Part shown: positions 14,391-25,975 of the stretch, in pieces | How positions within the stretch are numbered: the stretch's first letter is position 1 | Layout of the letters: every line of letters begins with the position of its first letter | DNA from: Octopus vulgaris | Taxonomy: Eukaryota | Direction: 5' to 3' | Length of the DNA: 64,000 bases | Assembly (NCBI GenBank): GCA_951406725.2 | Contig: OX597821.1 | Location: 53,258,001 to 53,322,000, forward strand | The notes under the pieces: generated by a model | The model's database searches: none | What the model was told of the DNA's origin: nothing | What the model saw: only the letters and a program-made list of their open reading frames with translations | Made by a program: the position numbers and the translations under genes

Positions 14391-14614
14391 AACTTTGAAA
14401 CTAGTCTCTGATGGTGGCTTTGCTGAGTGGAAGTACTTATCTCCCTTGTTTGAAAACTTAATGACACAGAACGCTTGTGTCACATGGCCAAGTGGAAACG
14501 AACTTGGGCTAAATAGCACTAGCGTTCCTCCTTTCCCCAGGACTGCCACATTAAGTTGGCAACAAACCCTCACATTATACACATACACTCACACTTACCA
14601 ACAGACACACACAC

Positions 14615-14645
<31 letters not shown>

Positions 14646-15066
14646 TGTGTGTATATATATATATATTCTGTAGTAAGAGAATTATTATTGATATTATTAT
14701 TATTATTATTAATAGTAGTAGTAGCAGCAACATTAGTAGCACCAGCAGTAGTAGTATTAGTAGCAATCGCACCAGCAACTAAGCAACGATGTGAATGAAT
14801 TATTAGATTAGTTCACATAAGTTTGAGACATATTTTAACTTCTAAAGGAAATTTCCCTGCAATTAATCGAGCAGGAAATATTCTTATATGCAAAACCTTG
14901 TAAAAACCCCTCTCTCATTTGTGTTGCCCTCTCTAAGACTCCCATATTAAGTTCTCAATCCTTATCCTCCCTCAGTAAGTGACAACAGTGAGAAATAAAC
15001 CTGATCATACTTCGAAGCTTTCAATTTTGCTTAGCATTTTCTCAGCGTCATCTCCCTTCGGTATAG

Positions 15067-15106
15067 CCTACTGAGGAAGGCAAAGAAGCCAAAACAGCGT
15101 CTTGGG
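15067..15106 (+). ncRNA. Degenerate minimal type-I hammerhead-like motif (C3-G8, G12A)
   Basis: CCTA CTGAGGA A GGC AAAGAA GCC aAAAC AGC GTC TTGGG. Confidence 0.5.
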
Positions 15107-15461
15107 AGTTCGCTTTTGCCATAAGGGAGAGACCTATATCATTTGCCATAAGCGAGATACTTTTTTCAAGTTAAACTGTCGAAAATTGCCTTTAGAGTTT
15201 AAAATACGTCACAAAATATTAGAGCTAATATAAGGATAACTTGTATGTGTGTGTGTGTATGTGTGTTCATACTTCGCTTATGTATTACGATATTAATAAC
15301 TTCAATTTGGAGCTTATTATATGTATGTGCTTCAGATAATGCATTAGTGGTATACAGAGCGCAATGTGGAAGTAAATAAATGACTAACGAGCAGAGAATG
15401 ATGAACTTCATAAGTTTCAAGCAGTTTGCAGAAGTATTCCCCTCTGAGTGCACTACATATT

Positions 15462-15699
15462 TACTTCTTTATTGCCCACAGGGGCCTAAACATAGGGGGG
15501 AGGACGAACAAGGGCAGATAAAGGGAGTAAGTCAATTACAATGACTCCGGTGTGTAACAAGTTACATATTGATTCGACCCCGAAAAGATGAAAGGCAAAG
15601 TCGACCTCGGCGGAATTTGAACTCAGAACGTTACGGCAGATAAAATCCGGTAAGCATTTCGCCCGGTGTGCTAACGATTCTGCAAGCTCGCTACCCTCA
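15462..15699 (-). mobile_element. tRNA-derived SINE with ~13-bp target-site duplication
   Basis: Same family as 58008-58242; flanked by TGCACTACATATT (15449-15461) and TGCACTATGTATT (15700-15712). Confidence 0.85.
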
Positions 15700-15900
15700 T
15701 GCACTATGTATTATACCAGAAACAGCTGTAAAGTTCTTTCCACATAAAACACGCAGACATCTGCGATATCATCAGCGTAGTCTGTAGATTACAAAACACA
15801 ATTTCCAGAAATAGATACAGAACGCTCAACCGAAATCGAGTATGTATGAAGTTCTACAAACTATATTTGGGTGTATTACTTTTGGATATATTTGCTTGTT

Positions 15901-15931
<31 letters not shown>

Positions 15932-16595
15932 TTTTAAAACATTGTTTTCTTTACTCAACAACAAAATATTCCATATTACAGCATTAAAAATGAAGAAATT
16001 TCAAAAGATAAATCAAATATGCCGCCTTAACTATAAAATACACTTCAGTGTCTTTGCAATATAACTTATTCAGTTATCCAGTTAGTTGAGAGTAAAATGT
16101 GCTTGTTTATAAATACACTAATCAAAACTTCAAATGTAATTATAATCGATGTGAATCCATTCACATAATGAATCTAGTTTAATGTATCTTGATACACAAA
16201 TGATCCCTTTTGCATCCATTATTTAATCCCTATGTGGTTCGCAGAATATACTGCTAAGTTACAGCTAGACATGCGCCTCGATAATCGAAATGAATATACT
16301 CAACCGTTTAATTCTTTGAAGCTCGAAGAAATCATTGTTACACGTGTGGCCCTATTGGTTAAGAAAAATTGCTTTTCTTTCATCTGTGATGTCATTAGTA
16401 TAGATTCGAAGAGCGGTTCTAAATGGGATTATCTTACTTCTAAAGGTTTAAAGGAAGTCAGTTATGTATCACATAGAATCCACCGTCAGGGAAATTGAAG
16501 AATCAAATGATTTGGAATGGAATTTTCTACTTCATAGCAAGAAATGCTCATCGATTGCAAAAGCGTTTAACATTCAAAACTGATATTTTGCTAGA

Positions 16596-16631
<36 letters not shown>

Positions 16632-16636
<5 letters not shown>

Positions 16637-16910
16637 TGCAGCGTGGAAGGTGTTTGTAAGCCATATAAGAAACACACAAAAGCCGTTCGATTCACTTCAA
16701 CATTTAAGTTTGATTTGTCAAAATATTTTCGTCGCTAAAATCCGCGACCTGTTCACTGACAAAAATCCTTGCTGCATTTTTGTCAGTGAACAGGTTGCGG
16801 ATTTTAGCAACGAAAATATTTTGACAAATTAAACATAAGTGTTGATGTGAATCGAACGGCTTTTGTGTGTTTCTTAAATGGCTTACAAACACTTTCCACG
16901 CTGCAATTGT
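16632..16910. repeat. Long palindrome with 135-bp arms and a 9-nt loop; inverted PLE-type terminal repeat
   Basis: 16632-16766 is the near-perfect reverse complement of 16776-16910; loop CCTTGCTGC; the right copy extends to ~16966; (TA)n on both flanks. Confidence 0.95.
16779..16828 (+). ncRNA. Hammerhead-like fold with G3-C8 core swap (mirror copy 16714-16763 on minus)
   Basis: TTTGTCA GTGAACA G GTTGC GGATTTTA GCAAC GAAA ATAT TT TGACAAA: 7-bp stem I, 5-bp stem II, palindromic stem III. Confidence 0.55.
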
Positions 16911-16963
16911 TTTCGTTTCAGCACACGATCTCAGATCAAATCACTTGCTATGCGAGTACATCT

Positions 16964-17014
<51 letters not shown>

Positions 17015-17018
<4 letters not shown>

Positions 17019-17253
17019 GTTGTCAGTGTTTATTGAGCGAAATCAGCTAAAGCTCCATGAGGCTCCGGCAGGGGGTGGTGTACTCTGCTGTACTATTTCA
17101 CAACTTTCTCTCACACTTTCTTCCTGTTTCTGTTGTACCTGTATTTCAAAGGCTCAGTCTTGACACATTCTGTGTCACGCCGCATCTCCTTGAGTATTGC
17201 ATTAAAGGTACACGTGTCTGTGGAGTGCTAATTTCGCAACCGATGGAGTGACA

Positions 17254-17255
<2 letters not shown>
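17015..17255. mobile_element. Interspersed repeat fragment (likely retroposon tail) between TA arrays
   Basis: GC-richer island (AAAGCTCCATGAGGCTCCGGCAGGGG...GTACACGTGTCTGTGGAGTGCT) bounded by (TA)n; resembles a common Octopus repeat by recognition only. Confidence 0.5.
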
Positions 17256-17296
<41 letters not shown>

Positions 17297-20200
17297 AGTG
17301 TGTGTGTTTGTGTGTGTGTCTATGTGTGTGTATGTATGTATATACATATATGAATGTATGTGTGTATTTATATATATAACCACAGAATGTATTTATGTAA
17401 TAGATATACACGTATATGCATATGTTTGTATGTATTAACTGTAGCAGACATGCTCACACTCATCCTTCACAAATGGATCTGTTTTATTTGGCGAGAAATT
17501 ATTTCTTGACCACATTATGTACAAAAAAGAAATTGATATGATATATTTTTGAGGTATCGGAAATTCGTCTTCTATTTTACTGAAGATAATTTGTATTCTA
17601 AAATAAGAGCTTGACTAGTAAAATAGGCAATAGTTTTTATTCTATTTACGATACACTTTATTTGCAGACAGATATATGGAACCATGAGAGGAGGAAAAAG
17701 ATATCGAACTATAAGAATGAATATATGGCTTGCGTCTCTGTAACTATGTCATCAACGAAGATAATGCGTCTTTAATTGCTTCCTAAATATACTGACGTAA
17801 AGTATTTCACTACTCCTCTAGATAATACGTACAGCAGTATTGTATTATCACGAAAATGCAAACGAAACAAAAATTCATGATTACATCCTCGAAAGTAACT
17901 AAAGAAACAGTTTCGTCAAATAGTTTAAAGAAAGCGATAATTTCCTATAATTTGCAGTTGAATGAAAATACTTTAAAGAAAAAGCCATTACATTTATATA
18001 TAGCTCAACTTCTCTTTTTTTTTTATTGTATTAATGTTATTAAATACAATCCCAAACGAATGCAATGCTCAAACACAATGTTGAGTGAATATCGATCCGT
18101 TAAGATGGGCTGTGACTTAGATTCACCACATAGCAATACAACCAACCTTGTATTGATTTAGTTGCGGTGTCAGATTGTTCAGCTTCTTACTATGGAATAA
18201 TCCTATGATCCTGATTTACAGAGTTATGGCAAACAGAGTTAAGAACGAAGATTAAATTTTCCTAGTGAATATCAGAAGGCTCTTCATTCAGTTTGCAGCA
18301 ATGGTAGCAACGCTAATTATGGAAAACCGTTAAATGTATGTGTGTATGTATTTATGTATGTAATACTGAAATTGTTACTACTGTTGTTTAACTCTATTTA
18401 ATAGGTCACTGCCCTGTCATTCCTTATATCAGCAGCTACATTAGTCAATATGTCCTTCCTTATTAAAAACATTTGTGAAAAATATGAGGTATACATATGC
18501 TGAGCGACCACATAGCGGATAATTTTTGGTTCAATATGCAGTTATGTTTAATATTTGAGAAATGACGGTAGACAAGCAAGTACACAAGTTCTAGGCCGTT
18601 CTTCCATTGCATAATTTAATAGAAATCCTTATGGATTGCCGTACTTGTGACGCATCCTACAGTTTCTAACAATGGTAGCAAAGCATTAATTTGTGGGGAC
18701 GAGATTGAACTCCCTCTATGTAACTATCCAACAAAAATATATCCCAACTATCCCCTAATTCACTAGCCTGATACACAAGATAGGAAACAGATCATGGATC
18801 AAAATATGAATATAGTATGGGATGGATGTGGGTAGCATGCTCTTGATCCATTTAAATAACTTAAATAACAACAACAATAATCGTAAACATAATGCCAAAA
18901 TTTTCATCAATGCACATTTGTTTAAGAAATTTCTGCATATCTTCATGAAACTTTATTCAAGTAATTTGATGAATGAAAGAAGAGTTTGAAAAGTATATAG
19001 AAATATTGTTGTCTGAACATATACTTAGATGTGCATTCTTCTACTGATTCATTTACTAGTTCTAGTCATTGGACTCTGGTGTTGCAGGGTTACAATAACG
19101 GCCTAACTTATTCATCTGGTATTAATGTTACCACGCTAATTCCATTCGGTTTCCAAACAGAGTATATCTCATCAATAAACAGGTATTTACTCGGCGCTAC
19201 ACACACGCGCGCGCGCACGTGTGTATTCTTGTGTGTGTGTGATTGTGATTGTTTAATCGATTTGCTCAAAGTTTTCGTCTCAATTATTATACCATACCAG
19301 CGCTAATATACGATCTGCTGAAGGCTCTGTTCTATGTCCTACCAGTAATGTGTATATGTTATTGAAAGAAGTTTTAATACGGGTAAATTTGTTATATATA
19401 GTTAGAAACACTATTTCATTTTGCATATGAAAATATGATAATATTTGTATGAAATGCATTGACATCATTATGTGGGAGGCTATGATATATTTAAAACTTC
19501 CTACTTAGCAAACGTTTATTTCCTGCAGGTGGCAGGTCAGACGAAATAATAGGTGATTAGATTCTCCAACTTGTGTCGAATAAATATGCGATATAATTGT
19601 GCAGGTGTTAATATTAGTTACAAAATGTTTGAATTACGAAGAAGAAACCGTCAAATGTATGAGATACCAGTACGATTTACTCATTAATTTTATAATACGT
19701 ACGTAAAGTTTCATACAGTGTTTCAAACTTGTATTCGAATTAAAGATTCATATCAGTTTAATTATAACAGTTTAATTACAACGCTAAAGTGAAATTATAA
19801 ATAGATTAATTTAAGCCATTTTAGTCTCATAGCTACAATTGTAGATCTTGGATATTATTTACCCCTGAACAAGTCATTGTCAACTAACAGGCCCAATTTG
19901 TGTGATACATACCTATATAAGGCTATTAAACTCATTTTCGGCGGGAAATCAAATTATTGTGGTCATTTAACTGTTTTCCTTTGATTACAATCTTGTAAAA
20001 AATCTGTTTCATTTTCTACCATTTCAATTATTTTCATTAGAAAACTGAGAAAAGTTTAAATAATTTGTTCTCTCTTTGTATTATATTAATATTAAAGGAT
20101 ACAATTTTTGAAAATTAACAGATTTTCGGGCGGAATATACGCAATTGTAATTACAGGCCTATAAATGTAGACATTGGGACAATACAGGGTCGAAAGGTCT

Positions 20201-20789
20201 CAAAATTTTGAATAATTTCTTATATTTCTAATAGGATGAAATATAGTAAATTGTATGAGCCATGAGTTTGTTTGTAGTACCAATAGTTCGGAGAAAGTGT
20301 AACTCATTCATTTGTTTAATAAACTGTTTACTAATGTGTTGCAGTTAGGGAAAATGCAAATACAATGATTTCAAAGAATTATCAAGGTAGGTTAGGCTGT
20401 ATTTCATAAAAGCTTAGCAGTTTTCACTTTCGTTTATTTGATTACGAAAATAGATGACCAGAGAAAATAAAAATTGTATTTTACATGTTACCATATTAAC
20501 CAAATTTTATGCACCACAAGCAATTGTTAAATCAATTATTATTAACCTCCTCTAATATGTGGCATTTGGTGAATAAGGGTCAATTCTCCAGATTTCATTT
20601 CTACAAAATAGTGAGAAGCTCTGTCGAAGTCGTAACACGATTATAGGTAAGTTGTCTACAGCTTGTATTAGTCTTAATGTTTTCATCATCGTTGCCAAAA
20701 ACTCAAGATGATATGAAAACTTTTGGGCATCTAGAATCCAGACAACTGTTAAAAGCTTTTGATTAATATATCTTTGAAGAGACAAAATG

Positions 20790-22848
20790 AATGTGAAAAC
20801 ATTTTATGGATCAAAACCAATCCATCATCGATTCTTGAATGATGCACTTGAAGGAGTAAAATCCGACAACCCATGTTGAACTGATATTTTAACAAAAAAT
20901 TCCCCACTGGTGGTGCTGATAGTGATGTAGAAGAAGATGATTACAATTTGATGGTGCATAATGGTCTTCCACTTAAAGTAGCTTGCGAATAAGAAGTCAC
21001 TGAATACGATGCAAATGATTTCGAAACTTCTGAGTGCGACTCCATTGATAAAGAAACAAGCCTATATTTTAGCAAAACCACAGAAAAGGACATAGTAAAA
21101 AAACCTCAAACAAGATTGCAAAAAAACATCAATTCAGCTTCAAGTGCAAAAAGTTACATTGGATTAGCTTGAGTGGCTAATATGTCCGACTGGCTAATTT
21201 GTTTGAGTGGCTAATATGTCTGATTGGTTTAATACGTCTGAGTTGGTAGTTCGTATGATGGTATTTGATGAGCTTAAAGACCATTTGGTCAAGTGGGATT
21301 GCTGTTACTGCCTGACTACAGCTGTCGTACAGATGAGTATGAAAAGTCCCCTAATGAAAATTGCAATCCTTTTTTGCAGAAACAATGAACTGTAAGAGGT
21401 TCCAAGAAATAATGGCAAATGTGAAACATTTATATGATAATTTAAACAAATGATTTCAGATTTTTGGCGTAGTGCATGAGAACTCAAGTGCTGGGGAAAG
21501 TATTTTACCATAACTTGGAAGACACTCGTTTAAGCGGTGGAGGCGCGCAGTTTAGTGGTTAGAGTGGTTTCAATTCCGGGGCGGATGATGCGTAGTGCTC
21601 TTGAGCAAAACTATTTGCTTCGCCTTGCTCCAGTCCACTCAGCTGACAAAAATGAATATTTCTGCGACAGACCGGTGTCCTGCCTATTGTGTGGGGAATA
21701 TATAGGCAACAGAAAACGGAAAATAACCTCATCATTCTATATGAGTCCAGAAGGAAATTTGTTTATTTTTATTCCTGTTAGCAGTTGATTTATAGGAAAG
21801 CCTGTCTCTTTGGACACAAGTCTTCAGTCATAACAAGAAGTACTAGTTTGTTCTATCATGTTTCAATTTATCCGGGTGCTGAGAAAAATGACAGAATGCG
21901 ACTCTTGCTTCTGGTATTGTAAAAGCAACTGGAGCAATATGCATTTAGGTTTTGTTAACTTAGTTCATATGAATTGATGCTTGATGTGAAGAAGCTCGAA
22001 TTTAGAGCTAACGGGATTATTCTTACGACTCGCGTTGCTGGTTGTCCATTGCAAGACGCCATAGGACGAAGAATCCCAGTATCAGTTGACTACTACTGTT
22101 CTACTTCGACTGAAATTATTCAGTGGAATGCCAATTCAGTTGTTACCTATGACAGAACCACAGTAGTTTTTTCCATTGATGGAGGTAAAACGGTGGGTAA
22201 CTAAAACAGTTCGCGTAAATGCGTCACAGCTTGCTGTTATGAAGGTCAAAAACTAGAATATGGGCGGCGTAATCATCGTAGACAAAGCCCTATCTGACTA
22301 TTATACAAGAATACAAGGCAAGAGGTGATACTGGAATCTGCTTACAAATAGAATAAACCTTGGTATTGTGTAACACTGGCGATTTTGCAGCTTAGTTTAT
22401 GGATCAACATCGATTAAAAGAATATTCCTTGCAACTCTGTCAATATCATGGTCAGACGTTCCATCACTTCTATTCCACCAGTTTCTAGACTTGCCCCTAT
22501 ATGCAAAGTCCCTGATGGAATGTGTTGTTTGAAAAAGAGTTGTCGAAACATGGGTATAATTTTCATCTAAATAAATAAATAAACCATGCACGAGCAAATA
22601 TGTATAAGAGTATTTCAGCAGCACCAGGAACCAAAACCACGAAAAACTGTCCATTTGTTGTAAATATATTTTATACGCATGACCCCGCTCAATCCCAAAA
22701 TCCACAAATGTATAACTTTCGAGCAAACAAAGATCCTTTAATTTAATGATGCTGAAATTTCACCAATATTTGAGTTTGATATAAATAAACTTGGGTTCAT
22801 AATTTTATAGGTATTGACAGATTCATTCGGCCCTTATGCTAATAAGGG
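20790..22848 (+). mobile_element. Decayed piggyBac (PGBD3-like) transposon, interrupted by a SINE
   Basis: Fragments in order: acidic ADSDVEEDD..GLPLKVACE, TMNCKRFQEI, VKHLYDNLNK, GKPV/FGHK, ELMLDVKKLEFRANG..RVAGCPL..WNANSVVT, NMGGVIIVDKALSDYYTRIQGKR*YW, Cys-rich tail; ends ...AAGGG|TTAA at 22848. Left terminal repeat not found. Confidence 0.8.
21536..21720 (+). mobile_element. Truncated tRNA-derived SINE (family of 12363-12673)
   Basis: GGAGGCGCGCAGTTTAGTGGTTAGAG...CTTGAGCAAAAC...TTGCTCCAGTCCACTCAGCTG. Confidence 0.7.
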
Positions 22849-24182
22849 TTAATTTTGTTTTCTTTGTTGGTAGCCAATTCAAATCTCATACGTTCCTGAA
22901 TAAGTTACACTTTCACCACCAATATCATTAAAGCACAGCCTGTGCTTTAATAATCTAAAATTCATTCTGAAATTTGAGGCACTACTAATCAAATCAGTAC
23001 GGAAACACATCATTCATATCTGAGACAGCTACCAGAATATATATCATTGATAGTATATATATATATATATATGTGTGTATATATATGTATATGTGTGTGT
23101 ATGTGTGAATGTATGTCCGTACAAATAATAAAAGTCGTTTATTAAACTAACTTCTGAATATACAAGACAATTGTCAAAACCGATAAACTAACATCTGCTT
23201 ATGTTATGAGCATATTGTAGACGTGAATATTAATCTTAACAAATTCATAAATATATCATATTTGTTAAGATTGTGGACGTATCTCTGTCCCTGGGTGTAT
23301 AATAAATCAAGTATAATATTATGTTCACAATATTACGTCATTTAAGAGGAATCAGAATTGTAAGAAAGCGAAATTTCGTCTTGATTAACTTCAATTTCTT
23401 GAAAAGAAACGCTGTAAACAATAACACTAAACTGTTCCACAAGATACTACTAAAATACTAGACAATGGCTCTTCAGAAACGTTTGGTAAATAACAGAGTA
23501 TAAACAACATTAAAGAAAATATCGGTATAGGAATGTGCAAGACTGCGACATGTTCCTCAGTGTTTATTATGAAGGTGAAATCAGCATTAAACAACAGAAA
23601 ACAACAATAGGAAATAGAGTGGATATTATAGTAATTCCAGTCTGTGCAAAATATTTATTTAGCTTTATCTCATCTATTTCTCCACGTATGGAGAAATGGG
23701 AGACCTCATAAATGAGTAGTCCTAACACCGAGATATCAAAGAAACACAATATAAAACTTCAACTGTTGTTTCATTTTCACTATTGTGGTTCACTCTTTTG
23801 TATACACGCAACGTGTGAGCAACGTTTTTTTCTAAATAGCAACAAACTTATACAACGCAATACTGATATTTTTGTAGCATTAGGGTCCCTCTAACAAAGG
23901 AATCAAATATCTACATATTGCTTCGAATGACCACTGAAAACTCGATCGTGTCCACAAATAATACAGAATGCATTAAGTATTTATTCCATCTACAGCCTTA
24001 ATTTTATTTTAAAATGTCTTTTCTTATTTTCTGAACTCACACGCACGCATACACATTTTTCTGCATAGGTTGGTGTATGAGTGTGTTTATTGTGTATATA
24101 TGCACATTTCGAAGTACACACATGTACGTTCATTCTCTTACCTTTCACATTTCTTCTTTATTAAGTACATTATAGATGGTAG

Positions 24183-24216
24183 ACTTACCTGCAATAGAAA
24201 GAAGAAGACGTAAGTA
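24183..24216 (-). other. Candidate recursive (zero-length exon) splice site
   Basis: Minus strand: TACTTAC (branch-like) G TCTTCTTCTTTCT ATTGCAG|GTAAGT. Confidence 0.45.
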
Positions 24217-24655
24217 TTTATTATCGACAGTGGACGTGATTTTTCGAAAACAAAAATTGCTAAAATGCATTAAAATTAGAATATTAGTGAATATTTCAAT
24301 ATATTAACGAGATCATTGAAATAAATTCGTAAGACCGTGAATATTTAACAGAACACAGATTGTAATTAACCTACACTATATCACCATATTCACTTCATTG
24401 GAAATTTGAAGCATCATTATATGTTGGTAATTTCATGCGCAAAGATACATATACTGGAGATGCACATACGCTCAGACATACGCTTCAGATAAAAATAAAA
24501 TTATGAGTATGTAACATAATCACAACTGTGAATTAATTTTAATTCCTTGGCTTTATCACAGGTGTAGCATCTAATGTTTAACGTACACACACACATACAC
24601 ACACACGTATATATATATATATATATATATATATGCATACAAACACAATGCATAC

Positions 24656-24693
<38 letters not shown>

Positions 24694-25449
24694 AATAAAA
24701 CATATGCAAAATAAGTGGAAAAATAATACTTGTATATGAAAAACAGAGTAATTTACTATTCATTATAGTCTGTGACAATCTTCACAAACTGTTACTCCGT
24801 GTTTTACGCCACCGTTTGTCAGACTTGTAATAATACTGAGTACTAACTTATGAGTGTATATATAATATAATATAATATAATATAATATAATATAATACAG
24901 TATTTACATTTCAACGAATAAACATTTCAAAATGATTGGATAAATGATTTTCAAAGTATATAACGAAAAAGAAAAATATCGTTATAGCAATGTGCAAGAC
25001 TAGGACGTGCTTCTTAAAATTATCCCACGTCGACGGCATAACCCATGCTGCAATCCATCAAGCAGTCCCCAGGGAAACGACTGAACATAGAGATGGTGAA
25101 CTCCGGTCCTCCCCTGAAAAAAATTTGTCCTGAAATCGTTCCAAAATCAGCATCGCAGAATGCACACTCATATTCAGAAGTGAGAATTGCAAAAGTTAAA
25201 AGGAATATAAAAATGTGCTAAAGTTGTTTTTAAAATTGAAATTAGATTTGAAAAATAAAACGTCAATGCTTTAGATGGGAAGAAGCTAAGTGAAGAAACA
25301 GAAATAAAGCAAAAGAATGGAGAAAGAACAAGATTTTTTTCTGGTTTTAATAAATACTATATATATGTGTGTGTGTGTGTGTGTGTTTGTGTGTGTATAC
25401 TATTTATTTCTTTAACACCCACAGGAGCGTACACTCACATACACACTTA

Positions 25450-25975
25450 TCTCTTATATAAAATCCGTTCTGTCTGTCTGTGTGTGTGTCTTCTCGGATC
25501 TCGGGCATCCTCCATCCGATTGCGCTGTAGACGGTATCAGGACATGTATAAGTCTTGAAAAATTACAAAAATCGATTCCAGGTGAGAATAAGATCCATAA
25601 AGCTGTTTTTCTCCTGCTTTTCTTCCGTCAACCTGTACATAACTGCACCTTCCATTTTTTATTGTTTTTATACTGCTTATAGGCACATTTCTTTCCTGCC
25701 AAGCTTACTGTTTAAACTATGTTTGTTTTTCTCCCAGTCAACAGCCTTATCATTACTCGTACTTTAGACTCCTCGGTTGCACAGTTGTGTGAATAAAATC
25801 GTTTTTCTTCGGAATAGAAAAAAAAAATCTTCTTTTGCTGGTGTCTCAAATTTAGCTTACATCAATGTTTCTAAAAGGGGAGGCCTATGGGACGGTCGGA
25901 CAAGATGTTTTGAGAAAATTTAGTTTAAACGTTCGACAACTCAGCACCGTCCATTGACGGGGGGCGTTTTGCTCG
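25450..25975 (+). mobile_element. Non-autonomous Helitron
   Basis: A|TCTCTTATATAAAAT 5' end; 3' hairpin CCGTC-CATT-GACGG (25947-25960), then CTCG|T (CTAG variant); inserted between A and T with no TSD. Confidence 0.7.

Noticed and set aside
22397-22726. 109-aa minus-strand ORF as a host exon
   Set aside because: It is antisense to the C-terminus of the decayed piggyBac transposase
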